Part shown: piece by piece, positions 19,094-29,009 of the stretch
How the letters are laid out: each line of letters starts with the position of its first letter
Position numbering within the stretch: the stretch's first letter is position 1
Assembly (NCBI GenBank): GCA_035284745.1
Contig: JAYKIL010000012.1
Coordinates: 86,605 to 150,604 of the forward strand
Origin: Candidatus Sericytochromatia bacterium
GTDB lineage: Bacteria > Cyanobacteriota > Sericytochromatia > S15B-MN24 > JAQBPE01
Length of the DNA: 64,000 nt
Direction of reading: 5' to 3'
Position numbers and translations under genes: made by a program
Notes under the pieces: model-generated
What the model saw: the letters and a program-made list of their open reading frames with translations, nothing else
Told to the model about the DNA's origin: nothing
Database searches by the model: none

Positions 19094-20659
19094 CTATTCC
19101 GCGAGCGTCACACGGTTCCGTCCCAGCGCCTTCGAACGATAAAGCGCCCGATCTGCCGATTCCACCAAAGCCGTTGCATCCCTCCCGTGATCGGGAAACG
19201 TCGCGACCCCCACACTCACGGTCACCCCCAAGGGTTCGCCTGCGGGCCCGGGCAGTTCCATGGCCCCAATGGCCTCACGCACGCGTTCGGCCATGATGTA
19301 TGCGCCATCGGTTTCGGTCTCTGGCATCAAGACCAATAGCTCCTCCCCTCCAAAACGTCCTGGCACATCAACATCTCGGATGCTGTGACGTATCGTCCGA
19401 GCCACCCACCTGAGCACCTCGTCCCCGGTTTGGTGTCCGTGGGTGTCGTTAAAACGCTTAAAGTGATCGATGTCCATAATCAACAATGAGGCCTGGGTGC
19501 CATAGCGCTCCGAACGTCGCAATTCCTCGCTCAATCGCTGCTCAAAATGTCGCCGAATGAAAAGACGCGTCAGGCCATCGACGGTCGCCAATTCATAGAG
19601 TCGAGCGTTCTCTATGGCAGTGGCCGCCAAGGATGCGATATTCGCGAGCATCGGTACATCCTCTTCCGAGCTAAACGGCTCCAAACCCTCCGCGGCCTCC
19701 TTGTCAAATACGACAAGAACCCCCAAAAGCCTCTCTTGATAAACAATCGGAGCAGACAATGCCCACGTGGCGTCAAAATCATGCGGCAACTCGCTTTGCA
19801 CGAAGGCCCGCGGCGCTTCGGACTCCAAAGAGGCAAGCAGCCAAGGATGATTGACGGAATCACGTGGCACTGCGTTTTCCAACGAAAACCCAAACGAAGC
19901 CAGCACCTCGCACCATTCCCCCGAATCATCTTTCAAAAGCAACAGGCCTTTTCTAGCACCGAGCAACTCAACCGCACGTTGCATCAATTCCGTTGCGACG
20001 CGGTCGCGCTCAAGCGAAGAACTGATTCCACGGCTCACGTCGTACAGTTGCTCCAGTTGCCAGACCTTCAGCCCAAGTTGTTTGTTCGCCGCCATTAAAT
20101 TCGTTTTGAGTTGATTATTGTGCAGCGCCACCGCCAGTTGGCGGCCGATCAGAATCAAAATATCGCGCTCAGTCTGGCTCAAGGGCGCGCGTGATAGCTT
20201 ATCCCCGAGCATCAGGAGGCCCAGGAAATGCCGGGTCACACTCAGGGGTAACCAGGTTGCCTCAGGCAGGTCACAGAGAAGCTCCGAATTGCCCGTCATA
20301 AATTCGATCAGCAGGGGATGCGGATTTTCGCGATCGATCAGATTTCCCCCTTCCGACCACAAAAAGCGCCTGACATCGGAGGTTACCACCAAACGCACCG
20401 TTTCCTCATCGGACCCCACCACCGAATACAGTTCACCTTCCTCCGGGGCGTAAAGAAACAGCGCGGCACGCCGGATACCCAACGCACCACAAGCCATCCG
20501 AACAATGGCGCGAATACTCGATTGAGGGTTCGGGTTGGTGGTCATTTGTTCGGCCATTTCCCCGAGGGCCGACAAGACATACAGCAGGTGCTCCAGGCTC
20601 TGTTGCTCCGCCTCGGGCAACGACGGAGCCACCTCCACGACACGCTCTAAAGAATCCAC
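19094..20659 (-). CDS. Diguanylate cyclase with tandem GAF domains (GAF-GAF-GGDEF)
   Basis: GTG start. C-terminal GGDEF signature RFGGEELLVL with DIDHFKRFNDTHGH and the product-site RxxD region. The N-terminal two-thirds are GAF-like. Confidence 0.8.
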   Translation of the reverse strand: MDSLERVVEVAPSLPEAEQQSLEHLLYVLSALGEMAEQMTTNPNPQSSIRAIVRMACGALGIRRAALFLYAPEEGELYSVVGSDEETVRLVVTSDVRRFLWSEGGNLIDRENPHPLLIEFMTGNSELLCDLPEATWLPLSVTRHFLGLLMLGDKLSRAPLSQTERDILILIGRQLAVALHNNQLKTNLMAANKQLGLKVWQLEQLYDVSRGISSSLERDRVATELMQRAVELLGARKGLLLLKDDSGEWCEVLASFGFSLENAVPRDSVNHPWLLASLESEAPRAFVQSELPHDFDATWALSAPIVYQERLLGVLVVFDKEAAEGLEPFSSEEDVPMLANIASLAATAIENARLYELATVDGLTRLFIRRHFEQRLSEELRRSERYGTQASLLIMDIDHFKRFNDTHGHQTGDEVLRWVARTIRHSIRDVDVPGRFGGEELLVLMPETETDGAYIMAERVREAIGAMELPGPAGEPLGVTVSVGVATFPDHGRDATALVESADRALYRSKALGRNRVTLAE

Positions 20660-20674
20660 TGCCAGCCTCGTCTA

Positions 20675-21037
20675 TCAGGCATCGGCCAAAACCCCCAACA
20701 CCGCATCGTTCTCGGTTTCGAAAACCGAAGCATACTGCACCAAACCCATCATGGTGAAGGTTTTTTGAATCGTCCGCGTGAGATGACAAAAAGCCAATCG
20801 GCCGTGGGTTTCCTCCATTTTCTCAATGATCTCAATCAAAACGGAGATCCCAATCGAATTGATGACCGTGCTTTTCTCAAGGTTAATGATGATGCGAGTA
20901 TAACCCTCCGCAATCAGTCGGTGTGCGGCCTCGCCTATCTTCTCACCGCCCAGATTATTGATGTAACCATCCGTGATTACCACCGCAAACCGCCCCTGCG
21001 GATCTTTTCGGACAGCGATGGCGAATGAGCTATTCAC
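20675..21037 (-). CDS. STAS-domain anti-sigma-factor antagonist (SpoIIAA/RsbV-like)
   Basis: 120 aa. Motifs AVVITDGYINNLGGEKIGEAAHRL, IIINLEKSTVINSIGISVLIE (candidate phospho-Ser) and MGLVQYASVFETENDAV. The start overlaps the kinase stop (ATGA). Confidence 0.75.
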   Translation of the reverse strand: MNSSFAIAVRKDPQGRFAVVITDGYINNLGGEKIGEAAHRLIAEGYTRIIINLEKSTVINSIGISVLIEIIEKMEETHGRLAFCHLTRTIQKTFTMMGLVQYASVFETENDAVLGVLADA

Positions 21038-21480
21038 TCTGCAGTCTCCTCAAGGCGCTTCTTGATCATCACAATGCGGGTCCCTTGAGGTCCACTGTCG
21101 ATGTGAACATCGTCCATCAGACTCTCCATCATCACCAGGCCCCACCCCCGCTTTGGTTCGGAGCCTGCCAATTTTCGCACCAGCGAAGGTCGCGGAACGC
21201 AGTCAGTCTCAAAACCTGCACCAAAATCCTGAATGGTCAAAGTCAACTGCTCACGATCGATGAAAAACTTGATGTATACATTTCCCTCCCGGCTTTCGCT
21301 GTGCTCGAAGGCATTGATGCAAGCTTCAATCAAGGCATGCTTCACTTCGTCAATCTGATCCGATGAAAAACGCATCAGACGCAAAACAGCCTCTGCCGTG
21401 TGCGTTGCCGCCATTTCCATATTGGGGACGATGGGAATGGTCAGACTCACTTCACGAGGCTCCTCCGCGTGATACACCAT
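21034..21480 (-). CDS. Anti-sigma regulatory factor / partner-switching Ser kinase (RsbW/SpoIIAB-like GHKL ATPase)
   Basis: Perfect SD (AAGGAGGTGA) before the ATG at 21480. N-box ALIEACINAFEHS and G-box IQDFGAGFE...GWGLVMMESLMD. Confidence 0.75.
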   Translation of the reverse strand: MVYHAEEPREVSLTIPIVPNMEMAATHTAEAVLRLMRFSSDQIDEVKHALIEACINAFEHSESREGNVYIKFFIDREQLTLTIQDFGAGFETDCVPRPSLVRKLAGSEPKRGWGLVMMESLMDDVHIDSGPQGTRIVMIKKRLEETAE

Positions 21481-21580
21481 TCACCTCCTTGTGTGGCCCC
21501 CTCTTCTTTCAAGAAGCGGTCGCAACACGGACAGCGGAATTATACCTGCCTGCCAGCGCGTGAAAACCGATCCGCGACCG

Positions 21581-22450
21581 CTATTCCACCTGGACGAGGC
21601 GCGTATATATTTTGTTCGCCTGAACCACCTCTTGCCCCGCTTGACGCAAAACCTTTGGTACAACAAGAACATGGGCGTAAGTTCCAGGGCGCGAGGGGGT
21701 TGCCCGGCGGGTGACTATCCCCCGGCGGGGAATGGGCGCGAAGCGCAAGGCTCTGTAGACTTCTTCCGCACCGTTTTTCGCCAAGACTGTCGACAGTGGA
21801 ACCAGCGCATATGCGTATTCCGTAAAGGTGCCGCGGAAAGAATCGTCTCCAACAAAAAACCGCAGCCAATAAGACTGCTGAGAGGCAGCCAGAACCGGCA
21901 GATTAGAAAATCCCATCAAACCAAAATCTTGCCCCACATCGATGAAACTGTCATTCCAAGCGACTTGTAGAGTGTCCGCAATCCAGTCGTCACCTTTTTT
22001 ACGGTACATCGCGGTGACCTGCCCTATTTCACGGTAGGTCCCTGAAAGACCAGACGCATCATAATTCGATGTGCTGCCCGAAAACTCAGCCACAGTGGTC
22101 ACGTTTGCCTCAGTATCACTCATCTCGCTGACATCGATCGAACGATACCGCATGCGCAAATTTGGAAAACTGCGCCGTAAATCATGATTAATTTCCAGCA
22201 GCCTTGCTCGCTCTACCTCAATCCCGTTGTACTCGACGCGGGGGGCAATATCGTGCAAGTAGCCCTCAAAGTCACCGTGGTTAAACGCATCCAGGCTTTT
22301 GTCCAGGTGACGTCGCAAAAGGGTTTCCACCAACGACACGGTCGGATTCGCAGTCGCATCGAGCGCCACAACAGCCATCAACGTGCCCATAAAGAGAATA
22401 ACAGCCAACAGCGTTCTCAAAAGACGCCTCGCACCACGCACGCACCTCAC
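21581..22450 (-). CDS. Hypothetical membrane-anchored protein (N-terminal TM, possible NTF2/SnoaL-like domain)
   Basis: TM helix LLAVILFMGTLMAVVAL. 4-bp overlap (ATGA) with the upstream GH57 gene suggests co-transcription. No recognisable catalytic motif. Confidence 0.5.
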   Translation of the reverse strand: MRCVRGARRLLRTLLAVILFMGTLMAVVALDATANPTVSLVETLLRRHLDKSLDAFNHGDFEGYLHDIAPRVEYNGIEVERARLLEINHDLRRSFPNLRMRYRSIDVSEMSDTEANVTTVAEFSGSTSNYDASGLSGTYREIGQVTAMYRKKGDDWIADTLQVAWNDSFIDVGQDFGLMGFSNLPVLAASQQSYWLRFFVGDDSFRGTFTEYAYALVPLSTVLAKNGAEEVYRALRFAPIPRRGIVTRRATPSRPGTYAHVLVVPKVLRQAGQEVVQANKIYTRLVQVE

Positions 22451-24645
22451 GAAGCGGGCACTCGCTGCTTAAGGTCAAGGACCAAGCGACATCGCCACTG
22501 CCCATTTTCATCCAACGAAAGGCGCCAGTGAGGGAGAAGAACGGATGATTGATAGACCCGTTCGAAGCCGCTCTCGGAACGAGACACCGTCTCGACGGGC
22601 AGACGCCACAGCGTTCCCGTCACATCCCACGCCAGATGGGCATCAACACCCAAGCTTTCGTCTCGCAAACCCACCTCGGAAATGTGCTCGTCCTCACTCA
22701 GTGCGGCCGGATGAGCAGGCTCCACCTGGCGCCCTGAAAGGCTGTAATAACCACGCTCATGCCCCGCCCCGCTCCGTACGTTAAGGTTGAATTCAACCCC
22801 GAACCACAATGAAACCGGCCGATCCCACAAATTGGTGACCGCGTAATCTACAGTGAAGCCCCCCGCCTCCTTGGGCACCCGAACGGTCTTGGCCACCCGA
22901 ACAGGCCAGAACTCAGACCCCACCCACACGTGCCCATCACGACTCAGGTGGATCAGAAGTTCGCCCTCGCGTTCGTCCGTCTGGAAATCGTAGGGCTGAT
23001 TGATGAAGTCACCCTGCTCGCCGTAGCTCACATTGTAAAACGTCTCTAGATGCGTGTCGGGGTGGAAGAAATGATCCAGTAACGACAATCGACGATACCA
23101 ATCATAGTGGAGCATCCGTTCGAGGCCACGCTCCTTCACGGCAGGGTGTTCACCCAATGCGGCAAAAGGAGCGGAGTGGGCATCACGCACCGGCAAGGAT
23201 TGAGTGATCTGAGAATGATAACTCTCCGGTCGCCGCGCCAAAGTATCCAAAAGATTGTGACGGGCCAATTTTAGATCGTGTTCAAATAAAGCCCCCCCAT
23301 AACCGGGCGCAAAATAAAGGTTTTGGGAGCGTGATGAGACCAGAACCTCAAGCGCCCCGTCCCGATCAAAATCTTGGACCTCCAACTCACAGAAAACATC
23401 GTCACCGTGTCGCGCCTCGTCGCACAGCGCCTCAGCCTCGAGCAATGCCGAATAATTTGCTCCCCGCAAGTGATTGAGATAAATTCCTCCAAACACGCCG
23501 TGCCAGTAGGCATCGTGACTTTGCCCTCGCCACAGCGCCTCTTGCGCTCGCGTCAGGTTCATTGGCGCCGAGGGCGCTTGCATTGAGCGTCCGACCGCTA
23601 CGGGAGCCGCTTGCGTGCTCCAGCGACGCACATCCGCCGCCACCCGAAGCATTTTTTTGTGCATGTTGTTCGATTCCGGGTACCGAACGAGAAAATGGCG
23701 CCAATAACCGCCTTGGAGAAAGTCCGCAAATTCTGGAGCGACCGTGGCACGCAGATCCTCAAGGCGCACCACCTGTTCGGGGGGTAAAGCCCACGTTTGC
23801 ATCTCAGTGAACGAGCCTGCAGGCAGGTACAGACGCCCCCAAGAGCGATGACGCTCTCGATATTCCGCCAAAGTGGTGAGAACCAGCCAATCTTGGTTGA
23901 TTTCCAACAATTGAAAAAAGCGCTCGAGCCAACCCTCCACGTACACCGCCTGATACGTTCCCGGCCAGCCCCCGAGTTTGGCCCCATCATCCATATGAAC
24001 CAACAAACGTCCGCCGTTGGCTGTGGCTTGTTGACGCAAACGCTCGATGACACTCTCCGGGGTTTCGAAGGGAATCAATGCCCGCAGCTCTCTTGAGTTG
24101 GCGAACACAGACAATGTTTCACCGAGGTCCTCCGTCTCGTAATAGCCGTAGAGCTCATCATTTCGAAGGCCCAAAGCCCGAAACGGCTGATCATCTAGCA
24201 CGCTATATTTGAGACCCGCACCCACAATGGGGCGAACCAGATGTGGCTCCCAGACGCGTCCCGCCAGTGCCGCCCCGGTTGGCTCAGCGCCAAACAATCG
24301 CTGCACTGTTGTGGACAGATGACGAATCTGCCCGTGTTGATCCTCCGGGGGTATCAAAGCAAGAATCGGCTCGTAAAAGGCCCCCCCCAGAATTTCAACT
24401 TGTTTGGCCGAAACCATGGCCCGCAGGCGCCCTACAAATTCAGGATGATGCTCAGCAAGCCAATGTAAAAGGTGACCACCATAATGAAGGGTCACTCGGA
24501 TCAGCGGGTGACGCTCCAATACATCCAAAAAAGGAAGATAAGAATGCTGATACGCATCCTCAATGACGTGGTCCCAATTACCGACGGGCTGGTGATTGTA
24601 GAGTCCAAACGCCAGGTGTATCCGATCGTGGTCGGCGAGCAACAT
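22447..24645 (-). CDS. Glycoside hydrolase family 57 protein (alpha-amylase / 4-alpha-glucanotransferase-like)
   Basis: GH57 N-terminal signature LAFGLYNHQPVGNWDHVIEDAYQHSYLPFLDVLERHP...LHYGGHLLHWL and the conserved catalytic region EGW. About 730 aa. Confidence 0.75.
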   Translation of the reverse strand: MLLADHDRIHLAFGLYNHQPVGNWDHVIEDAYQHSYLPFLDVLERHPLIRVTLHYGGHLLHWLAEHHPEFVGRLRAMVSAKQVEILGGAFYEPILALIPPEDQHGQIRHLSTTVQRLFGAEPTGAALAGRVWEPHLVRPIVGAGLKYSVLDDQPFRALGLRNDELYGYYETEDLGETLSVFANSRELRALIPFETPESVIERLRQQATANGGRLLVHMDDGAKLGGWPGTYQAVYVEGWLERFFQLLEINQDWLVLTTLAEYRERHRSWGRLYLPAGSFTEMQTWALPPEQVVRLEDLRATVAPEFADFLQGGYWRHFLVRYPESNNMHKKMLRVAADVRRWSTQAAPVAVGRSMQAPSAPMNLTRAQEALWRGQSHDAYWHGVFGGIYLNHLRGANYSALLEAEALCDEARHGDDVFCELEVQDFDRDGALEVLVSSRSQNLYFAPGYGGALFEHDLKLARHNLLDTLARRPESYHSQITQSLPVRDAHSAPFAALGEHPAVKERGLERMLHYDWYRRLSLLDHFFHPDTHLETFYNVSYGEQGDFINQPYDFQTDEREGELLIHLSRDGHVWVGSEFWPVRVAKTVRVPKEAGGFTVDYAVTNLWDRPVSLWFGVEFNLNVRSGAGHERGYYSLSGRQVEPAHPAALSEDEHISEVGLRDESLGVDAHLAWDVTGTLWRLPVETVSRSESGFERVYQSSVLLPHWRLSLDENGQWRCRLVLDLKQRVPAS

Positions 24646-24740
24646 CACGGCCTCTAGAGGCTAAAAACAGAGGGCTTACCCTGGAAAAACACAGCGCAAG
24701 CTTAGGGCAGACTCCTGTTTATACCACAGTTCCTGCCACA

Positions 24741-26936
24741 CTACCGCGTTCTTCCAGCAGCCTCCTGACGATCCGCAAACAGGCGGTAATCGATATCAGG
24801 GAAAAGATTGTCAATTCCCTCACAACTCTCAAGAGTTTCCGCCGAAACCGCTCCGGTCATCAAACCATCGGCCAATGCATCGAAGCGCTCGACGTGTTCG
24901 TTGAATCGATCAATCGCGTAGGTTCTGGCCTGCCCCGTTGTCACCAAAAAGGGCCAATCACTTCCCTCAAGCAACAACAATTCCCGGGCAGCCTGAGCCA
25001 ACCCCCTCGCAATCAAGGATGAAGGCGGTTCTGGGTACATGCGAACCAATTCTTCCATGCGCCGTTCGCAACGGTGAATAATCGGCCACATCCATTCCAC
25101 CTCGGGATTCATCCAGACATGGTAATGGCCCCCGGCTCCCCAACTGCTTTCAGGCAACTGAAACGCATGCGTCGGCGGAGCATCGGTATGCAATTCCCCA
25201 ATCGTCACACGGCGTATGCCACTGCCCTGTGCCATCTTTCTCACAACCTGTTTAATCCACTCAATGCCTTCGAACCACCAATGGCCGAACAACTCGGTGT
25301 CAAATGGAACGACGACGTGGCCCGGCTCCCCGTTGGCGTCCTGATAGCCTTTCAGCATGTCGTGTATCAATGAAACGTAATGGTCACTGTGTTCGTGAAT
25401 CCGTTGCAGCGCCATTTGCGGGTTGTAAAAATCTTTGTCGTGCAACTCACAATGAGAGCCGGTGATGCGCCAATAAGACATCCCGCTGTTACCGTCCCGC
25501 TTGTGGAATTCGCGGTACCACGGATCCCCAGGATACCCCATATCCGCAGACCACACCTGCCAGCCGGCACGCTCATTTCTCGCGTAAAAAGCCACCGGAT
25601 GCTCAGGCAGCCAATAACCGTGGAAGGTATCGAGGCCAGACAACGGTCGCTCTGGCATTTCAAGAAACTCGATGTTCCCATATAAGCCAATGTGGCGACG
25701 ATATCCTGACGTCTTTCCGCCCACCACCGCGTGAGCATCCGTAAAAAAGTACTTCAATCCCTGCGCGTGCAAAAACTGTTCGACCGGAGGACGATAATCT
25801 CGTGCATCCTCATACCCGGGGCGGTATGCACACTCCGGTAACCAAACACCCGTCGGGCGCCTGCCAAAGTGGCGTTCGTGCGTCTGCACAGCCACCGAGT
25901 ACTGGGCATTCAGCGTAGAATCACGACTAAAAAGTGGACTAAAACCGTGCGTAGCGGCGCAAGTGATAATTTCAATGGCCCCTTGTTCCTGCAAACGACG
26001 GAAGGCTGCGAGCAGGTCGCGCCCAAAACGCTCCTGAAAATCAGACAAACGCTGACGGTACCAATCAAGGTACCATTTGCTCAACTCGGCACGAGGGTCC
26101 GGCTGTTCTGGAACTGTGAGAGGCACTTCCGGGATATCGTCAAGGGTCGGAGGTGTGGCGGGCGTCAACACCACCCGACCCAATTCCCCCTGCGTTTCCG
26201 CAGCCCCCGCCCGCGCCTCGGTCTCTGCCACCGCCTGCGCCAAACCGGCCACAGTGACCTCACAGTCGACGGGATGCGACGGTTGCCCTGCGATGGCCGA
26301 AGCACCAGCGCCCACGCCAAAAGAGGAAAGTGGAGAAGACTCCGTCACGCCGCGGGCTCCCTGCGGCACCTTTTCCGGGTTGCCGCCAGGCGGAAGGCCG
26401 GAATCGCTCGCTGATGGCGCAGAGGCATCCGGGCGTCCTGCACCTTGACCCGCAGGGCGATCCACGATGTTTCTGTGAAAATCACGATCCAGTGCATCAA
26501 GGGCTGCCAACACATCACCCGCTTCTGAAAGCACGTCCGGTTTGTCGCCCGCGTTGGCCTGTTCCCAATCAGCGATGGCTGCAGCCAGTTGCTCGGAGCG
26601 CATTTCGGCTGAACGCCACTGGGCTGCCTCGCGTTCACCCTCGGCGGAATAGCGATGGACATCTTTTTCAATCCGCTCAATAATGTCCGCCACATATTTT
26701 TCGAAACCAACCTTCAAATGCTCGTCAGCCAGTTGCTCTGCCAGCACCGGCGTGATTCCGATAGTTAATTTCGGCGAAACCCCTTCTTCAACCAAATCTT
26801 CCAAAGCCACCAGCAACGGCAGGTATGTCTCTGCCATCGCTTCGTAAAGATTCTCTTCACCAAACGGCCACATTCCTGCCTTGCGGTAGTAAGGCAGGTG
26901 ACTATGAAGAACCAAACTGAAGGTACCAACTGACAT
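24741..26936 (-). CDS. GH57-family 1,4-alpha-glucan branching-enzyme-like protein with a ~170-aa low-complexity insertion
   Basis: ATG at 26936 sits 8 nt after GAGGTGA. Signature FSLVLHSHLPYYRKAGMWPFGEENLYEAMAETYLPLL and TFHGYWLPE. Between the two conserved halves lies a Gly/Ala/Pro/Ser/Glu-rich insert (RPAGQGAGRPDASAPSASDSGLPPGG...). Confidence 0.75.
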   Translation of the reverse strand: MSVGTFSLVLHSHLPYYRKAGMWPFGEENLYEAMAETYLPLLVALEDLVEEGVSPKLTIGITPVLAEQLADEHLKVGFEKYVADIIERIEKDVHRYSAEGEREAAQWRSAEMRSEQLAAAIADWEQANAGDKPDVLSEAGDVLAALDALDRDFHRNIVDRPAGQGAGRPDASAPSASDSGLPPGGNPEKVPQGARGVTESSPLSSFGVGAGASAIAGQPSHPVDCEVTVAGLAQAVAETEARAGAAETQGELGRVVLTPATPPTLDDIPEVPLTVPEQPDPRAELSKWYLDWYRQRLSDFQERFGRDLLAAFRRLQEQGAIEIITCAATHGFSPLFSRDSTLNAQYSVAVQTHERHFGRRPTGVWLPECAYRPGYEDARDYRPPVEQFLHAQGLKYFFTDAHAVVGGKTSGYRRHIGLYGNIEFLEMPERPLSGLDTFHGYWLPEHPVAFYARNERAGWQVWSADMGYPGDPWYREFHKRDGNSGMSYWRITGSHCELHDKDFYNPQMALQRIHEHSDHYVSLIHDMLKGYQDANGEPGHVVVPFDTELFGHWWFEGIEWIKQVVRKMAQGSGIRRVTIGELHTDAPPTHAFQLPESSWGAGGHYHVWMNPEVEWMWPIIHRCERRMEELVRMYPEPPSSLIARGLAQAARELLLLEGSDWPFLVTTGQARTYAIDRFNEHVERFDALADGLMTGAVSAETLESCEGIDNLFPDIDYRLFADRQEAAGRTR

Positions 26937-27025
26937 GAAAAGGTTCACCTCACGCCGCCAAGCGCCCACGCCTTAGCCTGTAAAATCTTTGTAAATTTTA
27001 TTATAAAACCGCATTAAAGACCAGA

Positions 27026-28261
27026 TCAAAAGCAGGCCATCACGCGCCGTCGCAACAAATCTAACGCCATCTGGGAAGCTCTTTGCTTAATCATTTCTCG
27101 AGGAAGATCGCCGAATCTCCAACACTCGGCAGTGGTATGCTCAGCACCGGCAACAGCCAGCCACACGACGCCAACATCTGCCGGGTCCACCCCGTTTCCT
27201 CCGCTGGCCCAGCCTGTAATACCCACACCCCAATCTGCGCCAAACAACGCGCGAATTTTTTGTGCCATTGCACGCGCCACGGCTTCACTCACAACGCCTT
27301 GTTGTTCGATCACACGGGGTTCAACATCGAGCAGCCGGACCTTGGTCTCCGTTTGATAGGCCACCACCCCCCCTTTGACATAGGCACTGCTTCCAGAGAT
27401 GTCCGTCAGACGGCTCGCAATCAGTCCACCGGTGCACGATTCAGCCGTTGCGACCGTGTGCCCTAAACCTTTCAGTAACTCGCCCACAACGGCGGGCAGA
27501 GAAAAAGCGCCCTCCCCGTAGTAAAACGGGGAAATTCCTCTGAGCCTTCGCAACACGGGCGCCAGCAATTCTTGGGCGCGCTGATCGTTTTCGGCGCGAG
27601 CAGTCACGCGCAGGTGAACCTCGCCGTCTCCAGCATAGGGCGCGACTGTGGGATTTTCGCCGTCTAGAAGATCAGCCACCTCCTCCGCCAATTGCGACTC
27701 TCCAATACCCACGTAGCGCAGCAGAACCGAGCTAATCACACCAGCTCGTTCGGCTTTCAATCGCGGATAAGCCCAGTTCGCCCACATCGCGCGAAGTTCA
27801 GCGGGGACACCAGGAAAACACGCCACCCACGCTTTTTGAATTTTCACAGCCATTCCAAACGCTGTCCCCGCAGGATTCGAAATAAGCTCCGCAGAAAGGG
27901 GAAATAAAGCCATTTTTAGATTAGAGGCCGCCATGGGACGCTGCCGGCGGAGGAAATAGGCTTCCAGATGTTGGCGCACCTCTTGGCGTTCCAGCAGCGG
28001 CTCTCCCAGAAGATCGGCCAGAACAGCCACTGTGATATCATCAGCCGTTGGCCCCAGCCCCCCTGTCGTAATGACCCAGTCCGAACGAGCAGCGGCACGG
28101 GAAATAGCCTCTTTCAAGCGCTCCGGGTTGTCTCCCACGACACTCACCCAATGCAGCGTGACACCCAGTGTTGCCAATTCTTGCGCCAGCCAAGTGGCGT
28201 TTGTATTCACCACTTGGCCGATCAGCAGTTCTGTTCCAATGCAGAGGATCTCGGCTCGCAT
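27026..28261 (-). CDS. cinA: CinA-family competence/damage-inducible protein (MoCF-binding domain plus NMN deamidase PncC domain)
   Basis: N-terminus MRAEILCIGTELLIGQVVNTNATWLAQEL, typical CinA. C-terminal CinA_C domain (TVATAESCTGGLIA). Confidence 0.85.
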   Translation of the reverse strand: MRAEILCIGTELLIGQVVNTNATWLAQELATLGVTLHWVSVVGDNPERLKEAISRAAARSDWVITTGGLGPTADDITVAVLADLLGEPLLERQEVRQHLEAYFLRRQRPMAASNLKMALFPLSAELISNPAGTAFGMAVKIQKAWVACFPGVPAELRAMWANWAYPRLKAERAGVISSVLLRYVGIGESQLAEEVADLLDGENPTVAPYAGDGEVHLRVTARAENDQRAQELLAPVLRRLRGISPFYYGEGAFSLPAVVGELLKGLGHTVATAESCTGGLIASRLTDISGSSAYVKGGVVAYQTETKVRLLDVEPRVIEQQGVVSEAVARAMAQKIRALFGADWGVGITGWASGGNGVDPADVGVVWLAVAGAEHTTAECWRFGDLPREMIKQRASQMALDLLRRRVMACF

Positions 28262-28269
28262 CGCGTTCT

Positions 28270-28935
28270 TTAGACGTGCACCGTTCCGAACGCGCGATCC
28301 CCCGCGTCCCCAAGGCCCGGAACGATATAGCCCTGCTCATTCAAATGCGAATCAACCGACACACAATAAATGGGAACATCCGGATGCGCCGCATGCACAT
28401 TGCGAATGCCTTCAGGGGCAGCAATGAGACACAAAAACTTGATGCAACGGGCCTGGCGTTTCTTGAAGGCATCAATGGTTGCGGTCGCACTACCGCCCGT
28501 GGCCAGCATCGGATCCAAAATCAGGACAGTCGCCTCGGGACTGACCACCTCCGGTAATTTCACATAATATTCGACGGGCTGCAACGTTTCTTCGTTGCGG
28601 TAAAGCCCAATATGTCGAACCTGGGCTTCGGGGAGCAACTCGGTTGCCGACTCCATCATGGCCAGACCCGCCCGCAAAATCGGCGCGACAATCAAGGGGC
28701 GATCGCCCAATGTGCGCCCGGGTGTCACGGCCAGTGGCGTTTCAACATCGATGGCGTCAGTCGCCAGATCGCGGGTCGCTTCATAGATCAAAAACTTAGC
28801 CAGTTCGCGCACCCTCGCTCGAAATCGAGGCGTTGGCGTATCTTTATGACGAAGTTCGGCAAGGGCCGTGACCACCAAGGGATGATCGAGTTGCGTCACC
28901 GCACCGGCGGACAAAGGTTGAAGCCGAGTCGACAT
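28270..28935 (-). CDS. upp: Uracil phosphoribosyltransferase
   Basis: Start moved to the ATG at 28935, 7 nt after AGGAGG. PRPP-binding loop VLILDPMLATGGSA, and YIVPGLGDAGDRAFGT at the C-terminus. 221 aa, typical Upp length. Confidence 0.9.
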   Translation of the reverse strand: MSTRLQPLSAGAVTQLDHPLVVTALAELRHKDTPTPRFRARVRELAKFLIYEATRDLATDAIDVETPLAVTPGRTLGDRPLIVAPILRAGLAMMESATELLPEAQVRHIGLYRNEETLQPVEYYVKLPEVVSPEATVLILDPMLATGGSATATIDAFKKRQARCIKFLCLIAAPEGIRNVHAAHPDVPIYCVSVDSHLNEQGYIVPGLGDAGDRAFGTVHV

Positions 28936-29009
28936 CCTGTACCTCCTGTTTCTCGCCATGATGAACAGCAAAACAGAAGATTGTCTACCGCCGCAGACCT
29001 GAATTTTTC

